A stretch of DNA of 64,000 bases from assembly GCA_041660165.1 (NCBI GenBank), contig JBAZWW010000001.1:28009-92008 (forward strand), given 5' to 3'. Source of the DNA: Patescibacteria group bacterium (GTDB lineage Bacteria > Patescibacteriota > Patescibacteriia > UBA9934). Position 1 is the stretch's first letter; every line of letters starts with the position of its first letter. The translations under genes were made by a program, and so were the position numbers. Below, piece by piece: positions 37,380 through 47,744 of the stretch. The notes beneath the pieces were generated by a model that worked only from the letters and a program-made list of their open reading frames with translations, searched no databases and was not told the origin of the DNA.

Positions 37380-37697
37380 GACGATGATTTCGGGATACTC
37401 CCCGTAGGGATTCCCTATGTGATTGATGGGCAAAACTGCCCTTGGTCTTACTCGCTCAACCACGGGCGTGAGTGTTGGCGGCCGGGCGTTTTACGCGCAG
37501 GCTTCGGTGTCGACTCTAGTGCCCCGCCACGTTGGACGTGGCCTCGGCAACTCACGACGGCCCTTAACCCTGTCCCAAGAGGGGACTTGCAAGTGGCAGT
37601 CCGCATAGCCACCTCGGGTGCGAATACACTAGCATGATGATGCTGGAGAGTAAATGACCATATTGACCATTTTGACCATTGACCCCACCATGCTCAC

Positions 37698-39587
37698 ATG
37701 GACCCCAAAGAGGAAATAAAGCAAAAGCTCGATGTTGCGGAAGTTATTGCCGAGTATGTGACGCTCAAGCCCGCGGGTTCGGGCGCTTTTAAGGGTTTGT
37801 GCCCGTTTCATTCGGAGCGCACGCCAAGCTTTCATGTGTCGAGGGAACGGCAGATTTTTAAGTGCTTTGGATGCGATAAGGGAGGAGATGTTTTTTCTTT
37901 TGTCATGGAGATGGAAGGACTGAATTTTGTCGAGGCCTTAAAAATGCTCGCCAAGCGGGCGGGTGTTGAACTGCCCGAATACAAACCAACGCCCGGAGGG
38001 AATAGGGCGGACGTTCTGCTTGAGATTCATGAAGCCGCGGCCAAGTTTTACGAAATTGTTTTGCACGAGTGGCCTCGCTCGGTCTCAGCCCGCGAGTACA
38101 TTGCCAAACGAAAGTTGAGCGATGCCATGGTCCTGAAATTCCGTCTCGGCGCTTCACCGGATGATTGGGATTCGCTCGCCCTCCATTTGAAGAAGAAGGG
38201 GTATAGCGAGGAGTTGCTCGTAGAGAGCGGTTTGTGCTTGAAGCGCAAAAGCGGGAGCGGAGTGATCGATAGATTCAGAAATCGCATCATGGTCCCGCTC
38301 TGTGATCCCAACGGGCATGTGGTCGGGTTCACTGCTCGAATTCTGCCGGGAGCGGGGGATGAGGAAGCGAAGTACATTAACTCGCCAGAGACACCGATCT
38401 ATCATAAGGGAGCGGTGCTTTATGGTTTGCATCTCGGCAAGAGCGGGATTCGGAAAGCGGGGGAGGTGATTGTTGTCGAGGGCAACCTTGACGTCATCGC
38501 TTCGCATTCGGCGGGTGTTGAGAACGTTGTGGCAAGCTCGGGAACCGCTCTGACCGAGGCGCAATTACGCACACTTTTCCGTTACACCAAACGGCTCGTT
38601 TTTTGCCTTGACGATGACGCTGCCGGATTTGCAGCGGCCAAGCGAGTCTTTGCGCTGGCACTGGAACTGCAGACGAAGGATCCGTCCCTCGACGTGTCCT
38701 TGCGATGCATTGTGATCCCTTCGGGAGCGGGGAAGGATCCGGACGATGTGGTCCAGAAGGATCCCGAGCTCTGGAGAAAGATCGCCGTTCACTCGACGGA
38801 AATAGTCGAGTACTATTTCGAAAAGACTTTGCGTTCGTTTGATGAGAAAACAGACTCGAGCATGGAAGCTAGGCGAAAGCTGGTTGACGAACTTTTGCCC
38901 GAAGTTGCCAAACTTGTCCGCGAAGACGAACGGCATTTGTATTTGCTCAGGCTTGCTGACGCCACGCACGTCAGCGTGGATATCTTGCGGACCATGATGA
39001 CGAAAATTGTTTTGCCGAAAAAAATTGGAGCGTCGAATTCATCCGTTCCCCTTCGCCGTACGGGCGATGCTCGTATTGCCCCAATCGCCCCCTCAGAATC
39101 CGCCTCCCCAGAGACCCAGCGAACAAGAGCCTCCGCCTTTCTTTTAGGTGTTGCCCTCAAGTACGAAAAGGCTGCCGGCGAGGTTTTGAAACGGGTGCCA
39201 CTCGACGTTTTGGAGGATCCGTGGAAAACGCTTTACAGGGAACTCGGAGTGGTTTACAATGCCGGTCAAACGCAACCAAGCACCGCCCCACAGCAATCGC
39301 TATTTTTACGACTACGCGCCCATCTCGATGGGCAAGGCTCGCCACGATTTATTTCCGTGGTTGATGCCCTTGCTCTCAGAATTGACGAGATGCTGGCCCG
39401 TCTGTCGCCAAAGGACGTGCGTGCAGAAGTTGATCGTCACTTAATTCTCTTTACAAGGGAACGTCAGCAAGAGCGGAGAAAAGACTTAGAATCAAAGATT
39501 CGCCAGGCAGAAATTGCTGGTGATCACGTTCTGCTTTCTTCCCTCATGGACGAATATAACCATCTGCTACAGGACAAAGAGGTTTAG
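37698..39587 (+). CDS. dnaG: DNA primase
   Basis: [11 protein letters not shown]...CFGC zinc finger, [14 protein letters not shown] motifs VVEGNLD and LDDDAAG, KDPD. Confidence 0.96.
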   Translation: MDPKEEIKQKLDVAEVIAEYVTLKPAGSGAFKGLCPFHSERTPSFHVSRERQIFKCFGCDKGGDVFSFVMEMEGLNFVEALKMLAKRAGVELPEYKPTPGGNRADVLLEIHEAAAKFYEIVLHEWPRSVSAREYIAKRKLSDAMVLKFRLGASPDDWDSLALHLKKKGYSEELLVESGLCLKRKSGSGVIDRFRNRIMVPLCDPNGHVVGFTARILPGAGDEEAKYINSPETPIYHKGAVLYGLHLGKSGIRKAGEVIVVEGNLDVIASHSAGVENVVASSGTALTEAQLRTLFRYTKRLVFCLDDDAAGFAAAKRVFALALELQTKDPSLDVSLRCIVIPSGAGKDPDDVVQKDPELWRKIAVHSTEIVEYYFEKTLRSFDEKTDSSMEARRKLVDELLPEVAKLVREDERHLYLLRLADATHVSVDILRTMMTKIVLPKKIGASNSSVPLRRTGDARIAPIAPSESASPETQRTRASAFLLGVALKYEKAAGEVLKRVPLDVLEDPWKTLYRELGVVYNAGQTQPSTAPQQSLFLRLRAHLDGQGSPRFISVVDALALRIDEMLARLSPKDVRAEVDRHLILFTRERQQERRKDLESKIRQAEIAGDHVLLSSLMDEYNHLLQDKEV

Positions 39588-39610
39588 GCCTCTTCTCCCG
39601 CGGCGTTTTT

Positions 39611-40897
39611 ATGGCGAAGAAATCAATGTCAGGTAGGGGTCGACCCGTGCGTCAACCCTCGAGCAAACCCGTTAAACCCGCAAAATCCGGCAAAGCCGGA
39701 TCCGGTTCCGCCGGAAAGGTTCTCACAAAGAAACCGGTCAAACAAACCAAGCCTGTGCAGGCAAATAAACCGCCTGTCCATTTGGTTGTTGATAAGAAAA
39801 GTCCTCCGCCGTCAGAAGAAACCATGAACCGCTTGATTGAACGCGGAATGACGCGCGGTTTTGTGACGGAAAGCGAAGTGTCTTTCGCCTTTAACTATGT
39901 TGAGGATCACCTTGAACTATTCGAGGAGTTTCTCGAAAGACTTGAGAAGAAGGGTCTGCACTTTATTGAGATGCAGGGCGGACTGCTCGGTGGCGGAAAG
40001 TCTCGCGATGACGTGTATGAGAAACTGCGCATGACCGTGGACAAAAAGAACGATAGCGTTCTGTCTGCTGAACTGACGCAGGACAGCATCCAGATGTATT
40101 TGCGGGAGATCGGTAAGATTCCCTTGTTGAATGCGGAAGAAGAAGTTGCGCTAGCCAAGAGAAAAGAACGCAATGAGAAGGAAGCTGAGCGTCGGCTTAT
40201 CGAAGCCAACCTTCGTCTTGTGGTTTCAATTGCCAAGAAATTTGTGGGCAAGCAATTGTCCTTGCTTGATCTTATTCAGGAAGGAAACGTCGGACTTTTC
40301 CGAGCCGTAAAAAAGTTCGAGTACCGGAAAGGCTACAAGTTTTCAACGTATGCCACGTGGTGGATCCGCCAAGCAATTACCAGAGCTCTGGCCGACCAGT
40401 CACGAACCATCCGTATTCCGGTCCACATGGTGGAGACGATCAACCGTTACAAGCAGGTTGAGCGCCGTTTGATTCAAGACCTTGGACGCGAACCGTTGCT
40501 TGAAGAATTAGCCGCGGAAATGGGCATGGCCTTGGAAAAGGTTCAGCACATTCAGAAAATTTCGCAGGAAACTGTTTCGCTTGACACCTCAGTCGGCGAT
40601 GATGATGACGATTCCACGCTCGGTGATTTCGTTGTCGATGTCAAAAACATTGCCCCGGACAAAGCCGCTGCCCGCCAGCTCCTGCGCGACTACGTGCTTG
40701 AAGCGATGCGTGATCTCACTCCGCGCGAACAGAAAATACTGGAAATGCGTTTCGGCCTTGAGGATGGCGTCTCCCACACACTCGAGGAAGTGGGCCGAGA
40801 GTTTGACGTTACCCGCGAGCGCATCCGCCAAATTGAAGCCAAAGCCCTCGAAAAAATCCAACAGAAAGAAATTATTCAGAAGTTGAGAGACTACTAA
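39611..40897 (+). CDS. rpoD: Primary sigma factor RpoD
   Basis: [71 protein letters not shown]. Confidence 0.97.
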   Translation: MAKKSMSGRGRPVRQPSSKPVKPAKSGKAGSGSAGKVLTKKPVKQTKPVQANKPPVHLVVDKKSPPPSEETMNRLIERGMTRGFVTESEVSFAFNYVEDHLELFEEFLERLEKKGLHFIEMQGGLLGGGKSRDDVYEKLRMTVDKKNDSVLSAELTQDSIQMYLREIGKIPLLNAEEEVALAKRKERNEKEAERRLIEANLRLVVSIAKKFVGKQLSLLDLIQEGNVGLFRAVKKFEYRKGYKFSTYATWWIRQAITRALADQSRTIRIPVHMVETINRYKQVERRLIQDLGREPLLEELAAEMGMALEKVQHIQKISQETVSLDTSVGDDDDDSTLGDFVVDVKNIAPDKAAARQLLRDYVLEAMRDLTPREQKILEMRFGLEDGVSHTLEEVGREFDVTRERIRQIEAKALEKIQQKEIIQKLRDY

Positions 40898-41040
40898 TGG
40901 TTAGGCTCGAGGGAGTATTGCTGACGCCCGCTCGGAATAAAGGCTCCCAGGAGGTCGCCTCCATCGTATTTTCAGTAATAGGTTAGACCGACTAGAGCCG
41001 GCCGAGCCAGTCAGTAATACTCCCGAGAGCAACGATCCAT

Positions 41041-41616
41041 ATGAAATTAATCCTCGGCTCAAGCTCCAAATATCGCCAGCAGGTTTTACGGGAGGCGGGG
41101 ATTGTGTTTGAGGTGATGAAGCCGGAAATTGATGAGAAGGCCATTCGGTTTGCGGATCCCGATCAGCTCGTACTCGCCGTTGCGAATGCTAAAGCTGATG
41201 CGCTCCTCGCAAAGATTAAAGAGCCGGCGATTCTCATTACTTCGGATCAAGTTGTTTTGTGCGAGGGTAAAATTCGGGAAAAGGCGGAGAGCAGGGAAGA
41301 GGCGGAGAGATTTTTGAAATCGTATATCACGCACCCCCTTGAGGTGGCGAACGGCATTGTGGTGGTGAACACTGCCACAGGCAAGCGCGTACAAACGGTT
41401 CATCGCGAAAGCATTTCCTATGACGCAGGTTTTGCGGAGGTCATTCCCGAATTGCTTGAGGCGCCGGACACCATGCACTGCGCTGGCGCCATCATGACGG
41501 AGCATCCGCTGGCCAGAAAACACATAGCCATGATGACAGGCACGCAGGCCGGTTTCATGGGCATGCCTCTTGACGTAGTGCGTGGCTTGATTAAAAATGT
41601 TGAGGAGGTTTGTTAA
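41041..41616 (+). CDS. maf: Maf family nucleoside triphosphate pyrophosphatase
   Basis: ILGSSSKYR, IDEKAIR, AKA, ITSDQVV, GMPL. Confidence 0.88.
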   Translation: MKLILGSSSKYRQQVLREAGIVFEVMKPEIDEKAIRFADPDQLVLAVANAKADALLAKIKEPAILITSDQVVLCEGKIREKAESREEAERFLKSYITHPLEVANGIVVVNTATGKRVQTVHRESISYDAGFAEVIPELLEAPDTMHCAGAIMTEHPLARKHIAMMTGTQAGFMGMPLDVVRGLIKNVEEVC

Positions 41617-41647
41617 AGTATTCTTTAACGTTCTTGGTATGTGTTCC

Positions 41648-42082
41648 ATGAAATATTCGCGTGAATGCGGTGCGGTCTTGATTGGAGCGGGAATACTGTT
41701 TGGCATTATTGCCTTGAGTTTCCTGGCGCAAAACATTCGTCTTGCGCGCGTGGGTCACGCGGATGTTGGTACGTACGCCATTGACGGCCAGCGTCCTAAT
41801 GCTGTGAAGTCAGCGGGTATTCCGGGTTTCAAAACGTATTACGTGGACTACGTGTATTTTGGAAAACAGTTTGAAGAGAAACTTTCCGGCAGTGCTCGCG
41901 CCTCTGCGCCTCTCCCCGGCCACGGCGTAGAAATCATGGTGGATGATGAGCATCCGGACCGCGTGTACAGCGGGCAATATGTAAACAATGGGGCGATGCG
42001 GTTAATTGCATCCTTGGTGTTTTCTTTTGTTGCTTTTGCGCTCGGTGGTGTCTGTTTAGCGAAGGGGCGGAAAACCGTTTAA
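41648..42082 (+). CDS. Hypothetical 2-TM protein (DUF3592-like)
   Basis: TM, beta domain (VEIMVDDEHPDRV), TM. Confidence 0.6.
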   Translation: MKYSRECGAVLIGAGILFGIIALSFLAQNIRLARVGHADVGTYAIDGQRPNAVKSAGIPGFKTYYVDYVYFGKQFEEKLSGSARASAPLPGHGVEIMVDDEHPDRVYSGQYVNNGAMRLIASLVFSFVAFALGGVCLAKGRKTV

Positions 42083-42101
42083 GTACGACTTTTCTCAAGA
42101 T

Positions 42102-42767
42102 GTGAATCAGACCCTGTATATTTTTATTGATGAGTCGGGAAATTTTGATTTTAGCCCGAAGGGTACGAAATTTTTTGTTTTGACCGCTGTTTCAACAACG
42201 GAGCCATCCTTTTGCCGTGAACAATTTCTCGATGCGAAATATGAGCTGTTAAAAGAGGGTTTATGCGGGGAGGAGTTTCATGCCACAGAGGACTCCCAGC
42301 GAGTTCGCAACATCATGTTTGGACACATTGAGCGTATCGGACGTTTGTCGATCGATTCGGTCATAGCGCAGAAGAATAAGGCGAATCCCGCTCTTTATCC
42401 ACCAGAGATCTTTTATAAATTGATTTCTCAAACTCTGCTCAAATATATTTTTCAGCGTTATCGCGAGCACGAACAGATCGATCAGATTGTGATTGTACTC
42501 GGATCGATATTTAACTCGACGAAACAAGGTTATATCCTAAAGAGTTTGAAACAGTATCTGAAGAATACGTTCGCTAAACCGTTCCGTATTTATTTTCATC
42601 AAGCCTGTTCAGACATCAATTGTCAGATTGCCGATTACTGCGGGTGGGCGATCTATGTAAACATGACAAGAAACGAGCCTCGTCCGTTGTTCGTGATACG
42701 TCCGTATGTACAGAGTATGTTCGAAATTTTTGAATCCGGAGTAACGGAGTTCTATGAAAATAAATGA
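42102..42767 (+). CDS. DUF3800 family protein (RNase H-like fold)
   Basis: YIFIDESGN, EFHATED, QIADYCGWAI. Confidence 0.85.
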   Translation: MNQTLYIFIDESGNFDFSPKGTKFFVLTAVSTTEPSFCREQFLDAKYELLKEGLCGEEFHATEDSQRVRNIMFGHIERIGRLSIDSVIAQKNKANPALYPPEIFYKLISQTLLKYIFQRYREHEQIDQIVIVLGSIFNSTKQGYILKSLKQYLKNTFAKPFRIYFHQACSDINCQIADYCGWAIYVNMTRNEPRPLFVIRPYVQSMFEIFESGVTEFYENK

Positions 42768-42828
42768 CCACCCAGCCTATCCCTTTCAGGAAGAGCCCGG
42801 GGGCTCGTGTCAGCAAGGTGGAACCTTT
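42768..42828 (-). ncRNA. Candidate DUF3800-associated structured small RNA
   Basis: Minus strand: CCACCT/GGGTGG closing stem, GAGCC-CCCG-GGCTC hairpin, TCCT-GAAA-GGGA hairpin; TATACT at 42840-42835. Confidence 0.6.
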
Positions 42829-42882
42829 GAATCGAGTATACACGAACAGAATGAATTGTGACAGGTAGCGATAGATGCCAAC

Positions 42883-42912
42883 AGAAAAACCGCCAGTTTA
42901 GGCGGTTTTCTT
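42883..42912. terminator. Bidirectional terminator
   Basis: AGAAAAACCGCC-AGTTTA-GGCGGTTTTCT. Confidence 0.8.
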
Positions 42913-42918
42913 TGTCTC

Positions 42919-44730
42919 TTAAACATCGTTTGGCTTGGCCCGGTCTGCGCGCTTGCGGTCGTTTTCGTTCAGGTACTTCTTGCGCATGCGGACGTTTTGC
43001 GGGGTGACTTCCACGTATTCGTCGTTGTCGATGTACTCGAGGGCGCGTTCAAGGTTCATGTCAATGGCTGGCGTGATGACCACAATGTGATCAGCGGAAG
43101 AAGCGCGCATGTTCGTCAGTTGCTTTTCCTTCACGGCGTTCACGGTCATGGTTTCCTTAGCGCTTTCGCCAATGACCATGCCCTCATAAATTTCTGTGCC
43201 CGGAGCCACGAACATCGCCCCGCGCTCTTGGATCATGGCCAAGGCGTAGGGCGTGGTCTTGCCCATATCACCGGAAATGATAGAGCCGGCAACACGACGG
43301 CTGATTTCGCCCTTATGCGGGGCATAGCCGGAGAAGATATGAGAGAACGTTCCCTGACCCTTGGTGCTGGTCATGAATTCCGTTCGGAAGCCCAAGATAC
43401 CGCGGGTAGGCATGGTGTATTCAAGTCTGGTCGAGCCGTTTTCGCTCATCATGTTTGTCATCTCGCCCTTGCGCTTGCCAAGTTTTTCAATGATTGCTCC
43501 GGAGAATTCGTCGGGGACATCAATCACTACAGATTCCATTGGTTCCATTTTGACACCGTTTTCGGTTTTCAAAATAACCTGTGGCTGGGAAACCTGAAGC
43601 TCAAATCCTTCACGGCGCATCTGCTCGATCAAAATAGCCAGGTGCATTTCGCCACGGCCGGACACGCGGAACTCACCATCGCTGTCTGGGAAGTCAACAT
43701 GCAGTCCCACGTTGATCTCCAGCTCGCGCTCAAGACGTTCGCGGATTTGACGTGACGTTACGAGCGAACCCTCGCGTCCCGCAAACGGGGAAGAGTTCGG
43801 CATGAAGTTCATGGTCAGCGTCGGGCCGTCAATCGCCAGGGTTGGCAAGGCTTCCGCCTCCGGTGACTCGGCAATCGTTTCGCCTACATAAATGTCCGGG
43901 AAACCAGCCACCTGCACAATGTCTCCTGACACGGCTTCATTCACCTCAACCTTGGTGAGCCCCTGGTGGGTGTACAGTTTGGTAATTTTTCCGGTGTAGC
44001 GCGTGCCGTCTTGTTTGATCACGGTTACAGTGGAGTTCATCTTCACAATGCCTTCCACAATACGACCAACAGCAATACGACCAACGTAGTTGTCGTATTT
44101 CAGGTTCGCCACCTGCATGCGCATGGGTTTTTCCGTTTCACTTTTTGCGGGCGGAACGGTTTTCAAAATGAGGTCAAAGAGCGGACGGAGGTCCTTGCTC
44201 TCATCCGTCAGCTCCAGCTTGGCGATGCCTTGCTTGCCAATAGAGTAGATGTGCTTGAAGTCGAGTTGTGCATCCGTGGCTCCGAGCTCAACGAACAGAT
44301 CAAAGATCTGGTTCAACACCCAATCAGGGCGAGCGGTCGGCTTGTCAATCTTGTTGATCACCACAATCGGTTTGAGGCCAAGGGCGAGCGACTTGCGCAG
44401 GACGAACTTCGTTTGAGGCATTGGGCCCTCGTACGCATCAACAAGTAGAAGAACAGAGTCCACCATGCGGAGTACTCGCTCAACTTCACTGCCAAAGTCT
44501 GCGTGTCCCGGGGTATCAACAATGTTGATTTTGACCCCGTCAACCACAATAGCCGTGTTCTTGGCGTAAATGGTAATCCCGCGCTCGCGTTCGAGTTCGT
44601 TAGAATCCATGACGCAATCCTGAATAATGTCACGGTCATTAAACGTGCCAGACTGTTTGAGCATGGCATCCACTAAAGTGGTCTTACCGTGGTCAACGTG
44701 GGCAATGATAGCGATGTTGCGGAATTCCAT
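42919..44730 (-). CDS. typA: Translational GTPase TypA/BipA
   Basis: [49 protein letters not shown]; ATG at 44730. Confidence 0.97.
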   Translation of the reverse strand: MEFRNIAIIAHVDHGKTTLVDAMLKQSGTFNDRDIIQDCVMDSNELERERGITIYAKNTAIVVDGVKINIVDTPGHADFGSEVERVLRMVDSVLLLVDAYEGPMPQTKFVLRKSLALGLKPIVVINKIDKPTARPDWVLNQIFDLFVELGATDAQLDFKHIYSIGKQGIAKLELTDESKDLRPLFDLILKTVPPAKSETEKPMRMQVANLKYDNYVGRIAVGRIVEGIVKMNSTVTVIKQDGTRYTGKITKLYTHQGLTKVEVNEAVSGDIVQVAGFPDIYVGETIAESPEAEALPTLAIDGPTLTMNFMPNSSPFAGREGSLVTSRQIRERLERELEINVGLHVDFPDSDGEFRVSGRGEMHLAILIEQMRREGFELQVSQPQVILKTENGVKMEPMESVVIDVPDEFSGAIIEKLGKRKGEMTNMMSENGSTRLEYTMPTRGILGFRTEFMTSTKGQGTFSHIFSGYAPHKGEISRRVAGSIISGDMGKTTPYALAMIQERGAMFVAPGTEIYEGMVIGESAKETMTVNAVKEKQLTNMRASSADHIVVITPAIDMNLERALEYIDNDEYVEVTPQNVRMRKKYLNENDRKRADRAKPNDV

Positions 44731-44989
44731 AAGTGGCGGAAGTATAGAGGAGAGTCTGGGAACTGTCAACGAATAGATGTGTACTTTTTTAGCCAAAGTA
44801 AGCCAAGTAATAAGCCTTTAGTCAGGATTATCCGTCCTCATCACCCCGTTTTTTGACAAACCTTAGCGATTTAAGTAGGATCCCGGGTCCGTCCTCTCCC
44901 TCACGGGGATGATTGGACGGTGCGACTTGAGTGCAGTGATGACAGTGACGATAGAGTTTGCCGGCGGATTCCCCGCCACGGAGGCAATA

Positions 44990-47632
44990 ATGGATACCAG
45001 TTCGGTTTTCAAGGCGGTAATGCGCTTCGCAACGATGAGCTTCGTGCTCCTCGCGGCGTGTGGAACGAAGGACGGCCTCCCGTCCGGGGCAACCCGGATC
45101 AACAACGAAGCCGAAATGCGTACGTGTGCGAATGAGCAGCGGTTGTTGGCCGGACAGGACCTCGACCGCGACGGTGTGGGCGGGCCGATCCAGTGGTGCC
45201 TGGACCCGCTGGCAGTCGTTCCGCACCTCAGCACGTCCACCGGCGACTGCAATGATGAAAACCCTGCCGTGTTTCCGGGCGCCGTCGAGATCGCGAACAA
45301 GATCGACGACGACTGCGACGGCTTGGTGGACGACAGCTCGATTACGTCCGTCATGGACTGTAAGTCGAATCTGGACGGCGACAACTACGCCTCCACGCTC
45401 GGCGTCATGCACAGCGAGGATTTGGACTGCCTGGATGCGGGGGAAGCCCCGGCGTCCACGCAGGGTGGCGACTGTGATGACACGCAGGCGGGCATCTACC
45501 CGTTCGCACCTGAGACGTGCAACGGTAAGGATGATGGTTGCGATGATATCATCGACAACGCCCTGGGGTACACCGATTTCCACGCGGACAAGGACGCGGA
45601 CAGCTTCGGTTCTGCCACGGACATCGTGAACTCGTGCGCCCAACCCGCGAACTACGTGAACAACCAGAACGGCGTGGACTGTGACGACGCTCACGCGTCT
45701 GCGCACCCCGGCGGGACGGAAGTCTGCGACGCCCTCGACAACAACTGCAACGGCACCGCGGACGAGGGGTTGGGCTGTAACGCGTTCTACTTCACGGACG
45801 CGGACAAGGACAGCTACGGCAATCCCGTCACGGCTCACACCATCGCGGTAGCTGGCGACGTCACGAACGGTCTGGACTGCGACGACGCGAACGTGCTCCG
45901 CAATCCCGGCAAGGTCGAAGTCCAGGGCAACGGCCTCGACGACGACTGCGACGACGGTACGTCGGACAACCCGGGCAAGTTCTGCCGGGACTTCGACAAC
46001 GACGGCGTGGGCGACGAGCTCTACGGAACGCGCACTACGGCGCAGGCCGGGTACGTGGCGTCGTGCGACGACTGTCGCGACGACTTGAACCCTGTCCATC
46101 CGGGCGCGATCGAGGTCATCGGCGACGAGGTCGACAACGACTGCAACCCCGTCACGAAGGATACGGTCACGACCGGCACGTACTACGCGGACAAGGACGG
46201 GGACACCTACGGCGACAAGTCCGTGGTGGTCACCGTGGCCACGCCCGGGTACGTGGTGGACAGCACCGACTGCAACGACAACGACAAGACGGCTCACCCC
46301 GGCGCCACGGAAGTGGTGGGCGACGGCGTGGACCAGGACTGCAGCGGGTTCGAGGTCTGCTTCCTCGACAACGATAGCGATAAGTTCCGTGACACCTCGG
46401 GACAGCTCTACAACTCCAACGACCTCGACTGCGTGGATACGCGCGAGGCCGGAATCGGGGTCCCGACCACGGACTGCGATGACAACGACCCCACCATCAA
46501 CCCGAACGTCACGGAGGTGATCGGCGACCAGAAGGACCAGAACTGTGATGGGAAAGAGGTCTGCTACCTCGACATCGACCAGGACGGCTTCCGGTTCATC
46601 GGAAGCCCGAACGATACGTACGACAGCAATACCGATGTGGACTGTCTCGACAAGTTCGAGGCCTCGGCCGCGACTCCGGCAACGGACTGCGCCGAAATCG
46701 ACAAAAACATTCACCCCGGCGCGATGGAGATCCCGGCCGACGGGATCGACCAGAACTGCGACGGCAAGGAGGTCTGCTGGCGGGACGTGGACGACGACGA
46801 TTACCGGAAGGACACCACTTCCACGATCGACTCGTCGGACATGGACTGCGTGGATACGCAGGAAGCGGTGGCCACCACCGTGGACTGCAACGACAAGAAC
46901 GATACGGTTCACCCCAACGCGACGGAGACGTGTAACAGCGTCGACGACAACTGCGACGGCAAGGTGGACGAGAACGCCACGGGCACCACGTGGTACGCAG
47001 ATACGGACAAGGACGGTTACGGGAACGGTTCCGTGACCGCCGTCGGATGCACGGCCCCCACGGGCTTCGTGTCGGACAAGACCGACTGCGACGACGCGCA
47101 CGCGTTGAGTTACCCTGGCAAGGTCGAGGTCTGCGATGCCCTGGACAACAACTGCGACGGGCTCGTGGACAACGGTCTCACGTGCTCGAACAATCCCCCG
47201 CCTCCCCAGGGGATCTGCCCCACGGGCCAGCGGAGGTACACCGGCACGTTCCAGGTCGGGAGCGCGATCGAGGGCCCGAACATCCTCGACGTGTACGGTA
47301 GCGTGACTGGCGGAGGCGTGAACGAGTTCCCCGCTGGCAGCTGGACCAACGTGGCGCGGTTCCACGTGACCAGGCGCGGAGGCACGGCCACGTTCACGGA
47401 CGAGTCCTGTGTGGCGGATGGCGCCACGGTCCTGTTCTCGGTCTATCTCAAGGACCGCAACGGCCAGGACCACTGGAGCGCGGAAGGTGGTCGCAACGGC
47501 TGTAGCGTGACCGGGGATACTATGGCCCTGGCGAACAGTGCCACGCTCGCGCACGCGTGGATTCCCACCACGCCCGTGTGGAACGGCTACACGGACATTC
47601 GCGAGGGCTGTAACATCAAGTGGCCCTTCTAG
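44990..47632 (+). CDS. Large surface lipoprotein with ~12 MopE-related (putative metal-binding) repeats
   Basis: GGAGG RBS, lipobox LAAC, repeated DCDD..a.vHPGA.E.C.g.DdnCdG and D.D.DgyG motifs; high GC. Confidence 0.88.
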   Translation: MDTSSVFKAVMRFATMSFVLLAACGTKDGLPSGATRINNEAEMRTCANEQRLLAGQDLDRDGVGGPIQWCLDPLAVVPHLSTSTGDCNDENPAVFPGAVEIANKIDDDCDGLVDDSSITSVMDCKSNLDGDNYASTLGVMHSEDLDCLDAGEAPASTQGGDCDDTQAGIYPFAPETCNGKDDGCDDIIDNALGYTDFHADKDADSFGSATDIVNSCAQPANYVNNQNGVDCDDAHASAHPGGTEVCDALDNNCNGTADEGLGCNAFYFTDADKDSYGNPVTAHTIAVAGDVTNGLDCDDANVLRNPGKVEVQGNGLDDDCDDGTSDNPGKFCRDFDNDGVGDELYGTRTTAQAGYVASCDDCRDDLNPVHPGAIEVIGDEVDNDCNPVTKDTVTTGTYYADKDGDTYGDKSVVVTVATPGYVVDSTDCNDNDKTAHPGATEVVGDGVDQDCSGFEVCFLDNDSDKFRDTSGQLYNSNDLDCVDTREAGIGVPTTDCDDNDPTINPNVTEVIGDQKDQNCDGKEVCYLDIDQDGFRFIGSPNDTYDSNTDVDCLDKFEASAATPATDCAEIDKNIHPGAMEIPADGIDQNCDGKEVCWRDVDDDDYRKDTTSTIDSSDMDCVDTQEAVATTVDCNDKNDTVHPNATETCNSVDDNCDGKVDENATGTTWYADTDKDGYGNGSVTAVGCTAPTGFVSDKTDCDDAHALSYPGKVEVCDALDNNCDGLVDNGLTCSNNPPPPQGICPTGQRRYTGTFQVGSAIEGPNILDVYGSVTGGGVNEFPAGSWTNVARFHVTRRGGTATFTDESCVADGATVLFSVYLKDRNGQDHWSAEGGRNGCSVTGDTMALANSATLAHAWIPTTPVWNGYTDIREGCNIKWPF

Positions 47633-47687
47633 GGAGCCAGCGGACGACGGCCATCAGGTGACACATTCGGGAGCGTAATCCCGATTC

Positions 47688-47720
47688 GGAAGGGCGGCAC
47701 CGCGTGTGCCGCCCTTTTTC
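47688..47720 (+). terminator. Intrinsic terminator
   Basis: AAGGGCGGCAC-CGCGT-GTGCCGCCCTTTTT. Confidence 0.8.
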
Positions 47721-47744
47721 TATTTGTGATAAAGTGTCGGGGAT

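Noticed and set aside
37340-37620. raiA motif RNA
   Set aside because: Short resemblances (AGTCGA, AAAACG, AAGACC) exist, but spacing and length do not fit what I recall; left unassigned.
44828-47554. 908-aa minus-strand ORF
   Set aside because: Antisense shadow of the high-GC3 MopE-repeat gene; Val/Arg-rich with no motifs.
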